Below are positions 52,921 to 62,740 of a DNA stretch of 64,000 bases, in pieces. Under the pieces are notes generated by a model. It was given only the letters and a program-made list of their open reading frames with translations. It was not told where the DNA came from and made no database searches. This stretch comes from Sulfolobales archaeon HS-7 (GTDB lineage: Archaea > Thermoproteota > Thermoprotei_A > Sulfolobales > Sulfolobaceae). The stretch is from NCBI GenBank assembly GCA_019704295.1, contig AP024596.1, positions 1,536,001 through 1,600,000 of the forward strand, read 5' to 3'. Within the stretch, counting starts at the first letter, position 1. Each line of letters opens with the position of its first letter. Made by a program: the position numbers and the translations under genes.

Positions 52921-54327
52921 ATGCGAAGTTTATATGCAGTGATCATGATTTGCTTTATAATCGGAGGAGCGATAGCAGGTCTTCTGATTTTTCAAGTCTT
53001 CTTACATGAAACTTCTCGGAATATCTCAACATACAACGGAATAACGGAAACTCCATTTAAACATATTGTGATTTTCATATTAGAGAACCACGCCTTTGAC
53101 AACGTGTTTGGGACATACCCCTTCGGTTACCCATTAATAAAGAACGGAATAACCTGTTCTGTCTCACGACCGGTGGGACTTTTTAACCAGACTCTTCCCA
53201 ATGACTTGAACTTAGAACAGGCGAAGAGCGTAATTCTAAAGGACCCAATAGAGGGTTACCTACCTTATCACAAGGATTGGAATCTAGGACTAATGAACGG
53301 ATTTGCGGAATACTCTGGAGCACAATCGCAGGTTTTCCTATCGTATCAACAAGTACCTCTTCTTTGGGATTACGCTGAGGAATACACACTAGCCGACGAT
53401 TACTTTTCCCCAGTTCTTTCAGTTACTCAAGCTAATAGGCTTGCGTACCTCACAGGATATCCCACTGGAGTAGAAAACGACAGTAATCTGAATTCGGCAA
53501 TCAATATAAGCGATACCGTAATGTACCAGTTATCAGAGAACAATATCTCATGGACATATTTCGTATTAAACCGAGAGAGTGGGGTAATCCCTTTCCCATT
53601 AAATTCAATTAGTGGAATTAGACCGTATTCTGATCACATAGTTGATACCTCGCGTTTCTTTTACGATATCTTGAACCACGAATTACCTTCTGTTTCATGG
53701 ATATCGTTCACGGGTGGTAAAGGCTATGACTGTCACTCCATTAATTACGACATGCATCCCCCAGGTAATCTTACATTGGCCCAAATCAACCTTTATAAAT
53801 ACATTAACGCTATAATGAAAAGCAATTACTGGAACGATACGCTAATATTAATAACGTTCGATGAGGGAGGTGGTTTCTTCGATCAAGTGCCACCACCTAT
53901 AATTTTCACTTACGGACTTGGGAAATCGCCATATCTCTCATCGCTAAACTTGTCAAACTACTCAACATTGGGGCAACGAATTCCACTAATTCTAATATCG
54001 GCGTATTCAAGGGAGGGGTGGGTAAATAATTACACTCTCTCTGGTTATAGCATATTGGGGTTCATAGATTACAACTGGCATATGAGATTCATAACTAATA
54101 TCGTCGCCAACTCGGATGTCGCAGGGTTTCTTAATTCGTTCAATTTCTCCAAGCCTAGACCGCCTATTATTCTATCGTATCAAAACTGGACCTATCCGTT
54201 ACCCCTGCAATATCCAATTCATTATGGTTTCATTGCGACCATAGATAATAACTATACTGAGTATTTCGTCCTTTATGAGAGGGGATTTGTAACCGCAACA
54301 GCTCTAAAATATATCGAACATTACTAA
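52921..54327 (+). CDS. Secreted phosphoesterase (acid phosphatase/phospholipase C family)
   Basis: N-terminal TM, KHIVIFILENHAFDNVFG, TQANR, DMHPP, TFDEGGGFFDQVPPP, GQRIPLILIS. Confidence 0.92.
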   Translation: MRSLYAVIMICFIIGGAIAGLLIFQVFLHETSRNISTYNGITETPFKHIVIFILENHAFDNVFGTYPFGYPLIKNGITCSVSRPVGLFNQTLPNDLNLEQAKSVILKDPIEGYLPYHKDWNLGLMNGFAEYSGAQSQVFLSYQQVPLLWDYAEEYTLADDYFSPVLSVTQANRLAYLTGYPTGVENDSNLNSAINISDTVMYQLSENNISWTYFVLNRESGVIPFPLNSISGIRPYSDHIVDTSRFFYDILNHELPSVSWISFTGGKGYDCHSINYDMHPPGNLTLAQINLYKYINAIMKSNYWNDTLILITFDEGGGFFDQVPPPIIFTYGLGKSPYLSSLNLSNYSTLGQRIPLILISAYSREGWVNNYTLSGYSILGFIDYNWHMRFITNIVANSDVAGFLNSFNFSKPRPPIILSYQNWTYPLPLQYPIHYGFIATIDNNYTEYFVLYERGFVTATALKYIEHY

Positions 54328-54400
54328 CTCCTAGAATATTCTGTTTAGTAAGTCCATATACCTTTTTTACTCTTACTTCAATTAAAACGCGTTAGTAAAA

Positions 54401-55915
54401 TTGACCAATAACGTTGAGGAACTTGGTAAGGGGTTAATGACGAACTACATTAACCTTTTTCGGGGAAGACTAATCTCCCATCTTATAGGAGCGATAGGTA
54501 GCATCCTAATAATAAGGATTCTAGAACCAGAGGATTTTGGAATTCTCTCAATAGCTATGTCAATTCCCTACATAGTGGGAGCTTTCGGAAATCTAGGTGT
54601 TAACACCGCGGTTACCCACTTTACATCAAAACATAAGGCATCCAATCTCGATTACGCGAAAAAGGTAATCGCAAGTGGAATGGTCTTTGACGTACTGTTC
54701 GGTTCGGCTCTAGCTTTAGCAGGATACCTGCTGTCCCCGTTCATCTTTTCCCTGGTATTGAATAAACCCTCAATTACTCCTTATGGCGAATTTGCGAGTA
54801 TTTATACGGTAATTTACTGGAGTTTTAGTTCGACATTTTCCGGATTATTAGGATTAGAATTAACGCATTATAACAGTCGTCTTTGGATAATACACTATTC
54901 GTTTCAAACTTTATCAACAGTAGCCTTAGCAATTGCTTGGTCAAAGATTTACGGGGTGATATTAGGATACGCTTTGAGCTACTTGGTTGTTGTGATTTAC
55001 GGTGCCCTCATATTGAGAAGACAGGGAATCCTTAAGGGAGTATCCCCATCACTAACTGTTCTTATCGAAATGCTTCGTTATAGCCTTCCTCTAACCCTAT
55101 CTTCTGCCATAAACAATGTATTCGGAATATACACCAACTCGTTTGTAAATAGGGTATTAACTATAATCATCATATCAAACCTAAACGCATCATCTAGGAT
55201 AAGCTTCTTTTTCGATACTATATTTAATCCCTTAAGTTACGCTATACAACCGTTATTATCAAAGATGGACAAGACAGACAAGCTCGGAATGAACGTAATG
55301 ATTAATAAGCTGTTTAAACTGAGGTTAATGCTCCAGGTCCCCCTGATCCTAATTATCTTTTCGTTGTCAACGATCGTGATTAACGTGTTAGCAGGTCCGC
55401 AATATGAAAGCGCGTCCTTTCTGTTAAAGCTTTCAATGATAGGTTACCTTATAACATCAGCGTCAGGAGGATCTATCCTGAATTCCCTTCTAATATACCA
55501 GGGGTATACGAAATTTTCCATGAGAATAGGAATACTAAACACTCTAATTTACGCTATACTTGTAACTGGATTAGTAATAAAATTTGGTGTTATTGGATAT
55601 TTTATAGCTGGATGGTTTTATTGGATCCCAGGATATGCTATAACGATGATGTTCGTAACTGAGACATTCAGTTATAAATTTCCTGCAAGACTTGTTTTCG
55701 AAATCTTCGTCATTGGGGGTTCTGTTATGTTCCCTTTAATATTCATTGACTCGTTATTTGGGATTCCAATAGCGATTGGACTTTTACTCTTAGTATTTAA
55801 ACTGTATGTAAGATTTGGTCTTCTGACTAAGGGAGAGATTGAAGTCTTCGTCCATAGCCTTAGGAATTCTGGACTGGGATTCCTCGAAAAACCTTTGCTC
55901 AAACTCCTTTCATGA
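54401..55915 (+). CDS. Wzx/MOP-family oligosaccharide flippase
   Basis: IRILEPEDFGIL, LGVNTAV, LRYSLPL; about 14 TMs. Confidence 0.9.
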   Translation: MTNNVEELGKGLMTNYINLFRGRLISHLIGAIGSILIIRILEPEDFGILSIAMSIPYIVGAFGNLGVNTAVTHFTSKHKASNLDYAKKVIASGMVFDVLFGSALALAGYLLSPFIFSLVLNKPSITPYGEFASIYTVIYWSFSSTFSGLLGLELTHYNSRLWIIHYSFQTLSTVALAIAWSKIYGVILGYALSYLVVVIYGALILRRQGILKGVSPSLTVLIEMLRYSLPLTLSSAINNVFGIYTNSFVNRVLTIIIISNLNASSRISFFFDTIFNPLSYAIQPLLSKMDKTDKLGMNVMINKLFKLRLMLQVPLILIIFSLSTIVINVLAGPQYESASFLLKLSMIGYLITSASGGSILNSLLIYQGYTKFSMRIGILNTLIYAILVTGLVIKFGVIGYFIAGWFYWIPGYAITMMFVTETFSYKFPARLVFEIFVIGGSVMFPLIFIDSLFGIPIAIGLLLLVFKLYVRFGLLTKGEIEVFVHSLRNSGLGFLEKPLLKLLS

Positions 55916-56399
55916 ACTACCCTTCCCTACGAATATGGCTTTCCTGCTTCTCATCCCTACTCATAGGCATAAGTTAGAGGTAGAGGGCTAAGCTCGACAA
56001 AAGCAATACCTAATGTCTTAAGTATGTTAAGGAAAGCGCCATTCCCCATGTTTGTAATCTAGATGCAATATCGGATACACGTTCTAACGACGTTAGAACT
56101 TAACGTAACCGTGCTTCGCGCTAGTCGTTTAAGCACGCGGAATTAACTAGGAAGAGATTCTTATCGTATTTTTCGAGTTAATACTCCATAATATTCCTAA
56201 GCTCTTAGAGAACGAAATCGTGAAATCTCAGTTTATTGAGGGACTTAGCGACAAGCTATCTTAGGTGTTCGTGGGATCTTGCGAGTTCTGGCGATTCATA
56301 TGCCGATTGAAAATCGCTATATTTCATGTAAATAATGATAATTTAATGAAGAAATTAATGCGTATATTTCTGCCAAAACGAGAAGAATAAAGAGTTATG

Positions 56400-56700
56400 T
56401 AATATTATGTAGGTAAGTACGAGAGGAATTGGAGCGAGTAATATGAGAGCGTCATAACACGAGTTAATGTTTCCCTTCTACGTCTCTAACCACTTGTGGG
56501 GCAGGAAGAGAATAGAAACGTTAAGAGTGAGTATAAGGCTATAAAGGAGCTCAAGGACTTCCTAGTATTTATGCACACACCTACTAGATAAGGTTATGAA
56601 ATACTCAGGACGTTAGGGAGAGTCAAGAGAATCCTAACGCGTATGAGTTAATAAAAGCCTGAAAATACTGGCTCACTTAAAGCAACTCTCCTAACATATT
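56400..56700 (+). mobile_element. Possible decayed DDE transposase fragment
   Basis: FYVSN and YKAIKE..RTS fragments; broken frames. Confidence 0.3.
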
Positions 56701-56751
56701 GCTATGCCAGATTTTTATAGATACCTAATGATAGAGGAGCTAACTTAGGAA

Positions 56752-57135
56752 CTACGAGAACCTGTTAGCTAACACTGCCACCAATATTATAACTGCCGGA
56801 TTGTCATCAGCTACATCATCTGGATGTGACGACTCTATGAAAGCCCAAACTAACTTTACAACAAACGCTATAATGAAAACTCCCAAATAGATGTTATTTA
56901 ATCCGGACAGCGTAGCTTCATTCTTCTTTTTCATAAGGAAGTAAAGGAGTATACCAACAATTCCCAATATTACCACAATGTCGTCCACAGCAAGGGGGGA
57001 TTGTTGTGGATTTCTAAAGCAATACCAGAACCGAAAACTAAGAGTATTATTGAAGAAAATAGGAAAACTCTCCGTATTGAGATTAGTTTTTCCTACTTTT
57101 GCGTACGAATCCAAATCCTTAAGAGCTTCTGACAT
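56752..57135 (-). CDS. Hypothetical membrane protein or gene fragment
   Basis: 127-aa ORF with 2-3 hydrophobic stretches in a decayed region. Confidence 0.4.
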   Translation of the reverse strand: MSEALKDLDSYAKVGKTNLNTESFPIFFNNTLSFRFWYCFRNPQQSPLAVDDIVVILGIVGILLYFLMKKKNEATLSGLNNIYLGVFIIAFVVKLVWAFIESSHPDDVADDNPAVIILVAVLANRFS

Positions 57136-57742
57136 AAAAACTTTCCGAAAGTTTTACTTTGTTGTATTGTTTGTACATAGAATTATATTCAACAAAGATT
57201 ATTGCAATTCGCAAAGACCGAGCTCTCCTGCGAGTTTCACCTTTACCCTAAACCAATTCTTAGAGTGCATACTTAGAGTATGCAAAGAATGTACTTGAGG
57301 GAATCAAATTAGCCAAGCACTTACTGGAAGTGAGAAAGTAAAGGAGATAAAAACAATGTGATTTCAAACGCCCGAAAACCACGTACTATTAACCACACTT
57401 ATGCGTGAATAACGAATATAGTTAGAGATATTAGACGCCCAAACCCTAACTTTTAGTAGCCGCGGCCTAGACCCAGCAGTTGAGGGGGCTATCGCGAATG
57501 AGGTAACCTCGATAAAGGGTTTAAGGATAATTTCTCCTCGCTGAGACGAACAATTCCGCTAGCCCAGATTTTATGAAACATGTAAAAACTTACGGGAAGC
57601 TGTACTAACGAAGCTGACGAGTTTAGAGAACACACTGTAATAGGCCTTGCGAGCCTACTGGTCCTTCTTCGCATGTCGTAGATTGAAACGCCCAATAGTC
57701 AATCTCAACTAATACTATGCATGAAGTTCGATCTAAATATTA

Positions 57743-58900
57743 TTAAACACCCCCCTTAGAGATAAAGCCCTCTAGAATCGAATGAAAGGAATCAACTACA
57801 TTATCCCAGGAAAATTTTCTACCACACTCTTCCGCATCTTTTCTTGCTTCAAGAGAATCACCTAATAATTCTAAAGCTCTTTCTGCCAGACCTTCTTTGT
57901 CACCCACATTAACCAACTTCACAGCATCACAATTTCCAAAGTAATATTTCAAAGCTGGTATGTTATATCCTACAACTGGAAGTCCATTATATAACGATTC
58001 CGCAACGGTCAATCCAAACGTATCGAGTTTGGATGGGTAGATCAGTACTCCTGAGCTTGCCATTAGGGAATAAAGTTTCTCCCTATTTGTTATATTTCCT
58101 AAATAACTTATGTCGTTGTTCATTCCTAGATTGAAGCCAAAGTCCAAAGGCCCAGCAATTGCGAATCTGTAGAAACCATTTTCTTTTAAATATTTCATCA
58201 CGTATATTGCATCCGGCGTCCCTTTCACCTCTCCGAGACGCGCAACGTGAATAGCATCGTATGATATTCCCCTGATTTTCTCTACCTTTTCCTCGCTAAC
58301 TCCACCGGGAGGATCTAAAGGTTCGCACTCTATCCCAAACTTCGCCCTGATTTCCTCCTGGAGTATTTTTCCAGCGCATATGTTTCTAGTGCTTTTTTTA
58401 ACGTATTTGTACGTTGACATTACATTATTCAACCAAACTAACCCTTCGATAGGATTAGTTGTCTTTGCCATTTTTAAATAGAGCCTTATAAGAGGAAACT
58501 CTATGTACGGCATTGAATATAATATGTTAACGGAGTTTTGAGTTCTGAAACCTATAACGAAATCGTAATTCTTTGAGATTGCTGATAAAATCCTTTGCAT
58601 TTCCGTACGCTTGAAAAAGAAAAGGAAGCTCCTGCCAGTAAAGTTCTTCTTATATTTCAGCCTTATTTCCGAGTGAGAGTGTGCAGACTCTATTACCCCA
58701 TTTATTGAGGAGAGTCCCTTCTCATCCTGCAGTAGAAACTCTAAAATGTCGAAATCTATACCGTGATCTTTACCCCTCTTAATTAGTTCCGAAATGGTCG
58801 TCGTTGCACCTGACGTAGGTGGATCCCCTATGGAAACGTAAAGGACTCTCATATGAGGACTACTATAAAATCGGCTTATATTATAAGTAGTATTTTCCAT
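57743..58900 (-). CDS. GT4 glycosyltransferase (start may be the internal MRVLYV)
   Basis: VARLGEVKG, YPSKLDTFGLTVAESLYNGLPVV, FSWD. Confidence 0.92.
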   Translation of the reverse strand: MENTTYNISRFYSSPHMRVLYVSIGDPPTSGATTTISELIKRGKDHGIDFDILEFLLQDEKGLSSINGVIESAHSHSEIRLKYKKNFTGRSFLFFFKRTEMQRILSAISKNYDFVIGFRTQNSVNILYSMPYIEFPLIRLYLKMAKTTNPIEGLVWLNNVMSTYKYVKKSTRNICAGKILQEEIRAKFGIECEPLDPPGGVSEEKVEKIRGISYDAIHVARLGEVKGTPDAIYVMKYLKENGFYRFAIAGPLDFGFNLGMNNDISYLGNITNREKLYSLMASSGVLIYPSKLDTFGLTVAESLYNGLPVVGYNIPALKYYFGNCDAVKLVNVGDKEGLAERALELLGDSLEARKDAEECGRKFSWDNVVDSFHSILEGFISKGGV

Positions 58901-59012
58901 GTATCTTCATCTATACTTTTTCCCTTAACATTTGTGAACCATGGGACTAATAGAAAACTTCCTCTCTCCGTTAGCCAAAGTTTTTAACTAAGCAGACGTA
59001 ATAGCTAACGTA

Positions 59013-59942
59013 ATGTGCCTACCAAAAGTAAGTATAGTAATTCCTACATTGAATTCCGAAAAAATGATTAGTAAAACGCTAGATTCACTATCCCTTCTAG
59101 ATTACGAGAATGTCGAGATAGTGATCATTGACGGTAGATCGACAGACGGAACCCTCGAAATAGTAAAGAATAAGGCTGTTGGCGACGACGTAAGGATGAT
59201 AATTGAACCTAAACGAGGAAGAGGTATAGCGTATAACAGGGGAATCAAGGAAAGTAATGGGAAATACGTGGCGTTTCTAGATAGCGATGCAAAGATAGGT
59301 TCAAGTTTGTGGATTAAAAACGCCGTTAAAGTAATGGAAGATAATGAAAAAGTCGCTGTCGTATTTACTAAGGTTTACTCTCCAACGGACTCAAGCTTCA
59401 TGCAAAAGTCCATTGATACGTTTCTGTGTAAGGGTTTCACCACCGCTAACGGAGCTGTCTACAGAAAAAGCGCCGTAGTAGAGGCAGGAGGGTTTAACAC
59501 GAGTATGAATTACATGCAGGAGGACGAACTCTTAAATAAACTCGAAAAATTAGGCTATCTCTACAAAGTTAATACCTCCGATGAAATCCTACATTATCAT
59601 CGCAATTCTATAATTGGATATATAAAACAGAACGTACAGGCAGCAAAAGGTGCGCTAGCGTATTTTAGGGCAACTAAGAGGAAGTGGATTTTAAAAGATG
59701 CGCTCTTGAGAGTCGCTTCGTTTTCAGGACTTATGGCCCTTCTGGCGTTATTAATGTATTTTAGAGACTTTAAGATTTTAATCCTGTCACTAATAACATT
59801 ATATCTAGGTACCACCTACTTAGTTAATAGTAAAACGTGCGAACGTTACAAATTTTCTAAATATGTATTGACGTCGCCTGTATTCATCTTTCTCTCATTA
59901 GTCGGATATGTGTTCGGACTTTTACAGGTGATTCTTACATGA
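59013..59942 (+). CDS. GT2 glycosyltransferase with C-terminal TMs
   Basis: VSIVIPTLN, IDGRSTDGT, FLDSD, GGFN...QED. Confidence 0.93.
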   Translation: MCLPKVSIVIPTLNSEKMISKTLDSLSLLDYENVEIVIIDGRSTDGTLEIVKNKAVGDDVRMIIEPKRGRGIAYNRGIKESNGKYVAFLDSDAKIGSSLWIKNAVKVMEDNEKVAVVFTKVYSPTDSSFMQKSIDTFLCKGFTTANGAVYRKSAVVEAGGFNTSMNYMQEDELLNKLEKLGYLYKVNTSDEILHYHRNSIIGYIKQNVQAAKGALAYFRATKRKWILKDALLRVASFSGLMALLALLMYFRDFKILILSLITLYLGTTYLVNSKTCERYKFSKYVLTSPVFIFLSLVGYVFGLLQVILT

Positions 59943-60610
59943 ACGTTCAGAGCGTTAATGCATTAGTTTCCCAATACAAGGCGATCTACTCCTCTTATAC
60001 CCATAGCCTTTACACGACGGAACTGATCGTATCTGTTCTCGCCATGACCTTTCCTGGGGTTATTTTACTTATATTATTGTTCTATAAGAAGAGCATTACC
60101 TCTATCTACAACGAGATTTGGTTTAGAATAAACAGGAGGGCATTAATCACCGAATATAAAAAGCAAGACAATGGTGTAATTTACGGGATAGTCCTTGGAT
60201 TAATTATTGTTGCATCCCTAGCTTCGTTTGGTTACCTTTACTCCACAGGTTTCCAGAAGGAACCTTTTTCATATATGTTAATGCTCAATGAAGAAGGTGT
60301 TGTTGGAGGTTACCCGTCATACGTGCTAGCCGGAAGTAACGTGTCATTTCTGCTGCAGATTGGAAACCATGAAGGCGTTCCGATGCTTTACATGCTCACA
60401 ATCACTCTGTTGAATTCGACTTATAATCAAACGTTACTATCACTATACCGTATTCTATACCCTGAGGGAAATTACACATTCCCTATATCCATCTCCATCC
60501 AGTATCCCGGTCAATACAAGATAGTTGCTAAACTCTACGACTTTAACCTTACTTCAAACTCATTTAAGTTTGACGGAGTTTTTAATCAGTTCCTTATAAC
60601 GGTTAAGTAG
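59939..60610 (+). CDS. DUF1616-like protein (extracellular domain part)
   Basis: 2 TMs then EPFSY...GYPSYV..G..V...IGNHEG. Confidence 0.75.
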   Translation: MNVQSVNALVSQYKAIYSSYTHSLYTTELIVSVLAMTFPGVILLILLFYKKSITSIYNEIWFRINRRALITEYKKQDNGVIYGIVLGLIIVASLASFGYLYSTGFQKEPFSYMLMLNEEGVVGGYPSYVLAGSNVSFLLQIGNHEGVPMLYMLTITLLNSTYNQTLLSLYRILYPEGNYTFPISISIQYPGQYKIVAKLYDFNLTSNSFKFDGVFNQFLITVK

Positions 60611-60680
60611 GGGATCGCCAATTAGTTTTGAGACTATTTCAGGAAAACTTATAGCTTCAGAAAATAACTGTAACGGGTTA

Positions 60681-60941
60681 ATGAGAAAGATTGAAATAAC
60701 TAAACATGTCTCATATGAACAGCTTCTAAAGCTTTACTCTAAGGAGGATAGCGGAAAACTGAAACTAAGACTCCTTATAATAGTTATGCTTTATGAGGGG
60801 AGGACTGAGGTTGAGATATCCTCCTCAATAAAGGTTTCAAGACCAACCATAAGGAAATGGTTAAAGAGGTGGAATACTCAAGGGTATAAGGGATTAACAG
60901 ACAAACCGCGTGAGAGGAAAATCCCTAAGGGAAGTAAGTGA
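60681..60941 (+). mobile_element. Truncated IS630-family transposase (HTH only)
   Basis: RLLII..LYEG...EIS..IKVSRPTIRKWLKRWN..GYKGL.DKPR; no DDE domain follows. Confidence 0.8.
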
Positions 60942-61585
60942 GGCCGCTTATTACAAAATGTAACCTCTTAGACCCAAAAATTCCCAATGTTAGATATGCA
61001 GGAATTTTCCGGTTTGGGGAAAATCAGCCCAGCCTTATACTTAGTCGGACCTTGAGGATCAAGGGAAAATCTATCATTGGGCACAATATAACACGTCTAA
61101 CTCTGCGGAAAACTAGGAATTATACTTTCGAAGGTTTATCATATACAAACTAATGGCCTTGGTTTTTTAAAGTCTGACAAAGCATAATGAAAAGCGAGGG
61201 AGAGATTGTGCCAATTCCTGATTGTTGCGATGAATCACACCCTCATAAACTAAGGGGATACATCAATGATCTAACGAATATTGACTTTTATCTTAACGAT
61301 GTTCACGAACGTTAAGGTTACTCCTTATGAACTGCTACTCCATGATTGCTACATTCCCATTTGCCTTAGAAGGGGTAGAGAACTGCCCTAAGAGGTTTGT
61401 TAAGCTGCATGTCTAACTCGGCATGCGTGCGCTATAGAAATGTTTCGATAGGAAATACAGAGGAATTGGATAGGTGTTAGCTTCTATAATCGCTTGAACT
61501 TCTATATATATAAGTTATGACGATATGTATTGGGAAACATTAGAATTATGTGTATAGGATTTAGCTCTAAACAAATAGAAGATCC

Positions 61586-61602
61586 GAAATCCTTTTATAT
61601 AA
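61586..61602 (+). promoter_or_regulatory. BRE/TATA promoter of the Tat-LamG operon
   Basis: gaaatccTTTTATATAA about 24 nt upstream of ATG 61625. Confidence 0.6.
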
Positions 61603-61624
61603 TTTCCCACTAGAGTTTTCCGCA

Positions 61625-62740
61625 ATGGAGGAAAAAAGGAGGCAATTCATAAAATATGCCGTGACGGGGATAGGAGCAGGAGTGACTATCCCCTTAGTTG
61701 AAAAGATGAAAATCCAAGGAGTTAAGAGTTCTCCAGCTCAATTTCTAGGTGGATTCGATATAGTAGTATATGGAAGTCCCTCGACGGGATATACAGCGGT
61801 AACTAGCAGTGGAACTATAATATTTCAAGGCAACTGCTCTCAAGGAAGCGGAACTTGCGGTATATATGAGGCAATTGATTACGCTGTAAATCATGGATAT
61901 GGAAGAGTGGCACTTTTGGGTCAATTCTATCCTACTAGCTCGCCCTCACAGTTCCCAAATTACGAAGCTACGGTGGATGGTAATGCGGTAGTTTACGCCT
62001 CAGGGAGTAGCCTTCTAATGTGCATGTGGCTATATAATTATACATCGAATTCGATAAGAATCCAATGGTACGAGAAGGCAGGAGTTTTAAATTCGATCCT
62101 ATTGAGAAGACCTTCGTTCTCCCAGAATCCATATGTAATATTCGATACACCCGCAGAATCATTATTTTTTTCCAACGGTCAACAGGCTTTGGGTACCCCA
62201 TCATCCTTTTCTATCTCGGCTTGGGTATACGGTCAGGGTAACAATAACGGTGGCTATATTTTGACTTACGGTTCTCTAGAAAAGGGGAAAATATGGTCGT
62301 TATATATGGGGTGGGGAAATGTGTATTTCAGTGGTATTTCCTCATCAATACCGAGCGTTCCCTTCCATGTCGCCGTAACGTGTAGTAACGGAATTTGTGA
62401 TCTATATGTTAATGGCGGGTTGGCGTCTTCAGGAACAGTATCAATGGACTACTCAATCTCCCCCGCCTACCTGTGGATTGGAAACTTTCCAATTCAGAAC
62501 CAGCAATCCGGAATATTACCTATAAATGGTAGAGCAGTTATAGAAAATGTACAGATATATTCCGAAGCTCTGTCATCATCGCAGATAGGAACACTTGCGT
62601 CAACCCCAATGCAAGATCCTATAGATTACGGTTCTCTGATTTTCTGGGCTCTTTACAGAGGTATATTCTACGTCGGAGATCTCGTCACAGGTAAGGGATT
62701 CCAGAGGATGGGAGCACTCCTAAAGAGTGGGGTGTTTTAG
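61625..62740 (+). CDS. Tat-exported protein with C-terminal LamG/concanavalin A-like domain
   Basis: KRRQFIK signal; FSISAWV, FHVAVT, LYVNG, LWIGN, IENVQIYSEALS. Confidence 0.88.
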   Translation: MEEKRRQFIKYAVTGIGAGVTIPLVEKMKIQGVKSSPAQFLGGFDIVVYGSPSTGYTAVTSSGTIIFQGNCSQGSGTCGIYEAIDYAVNHGYGRVALLGQFYPTSSPSQFPNYEATVDGNAVVYASGSSLLMCMWLYNYTSNSIRIQWYEKAGVLNSILLRRPSFSQNPYVIFDTPAESLFFSNGQQALGTPSSFSISAWVYGQGNNNGGYILTYGSLEKGKIWSLYMGWGNVYFSGISSSIPSVPFHVAVTCSNGICDLYVNGGLASSGTVSMDYSISPAYLWIGNFPIQNQQSGILPINGRAVIENVQIYSEALSSSQIGTLASTPMQDPIDYGSLIFWALYRGIFYVGDLVTGKGFQRMGALLKSGVF

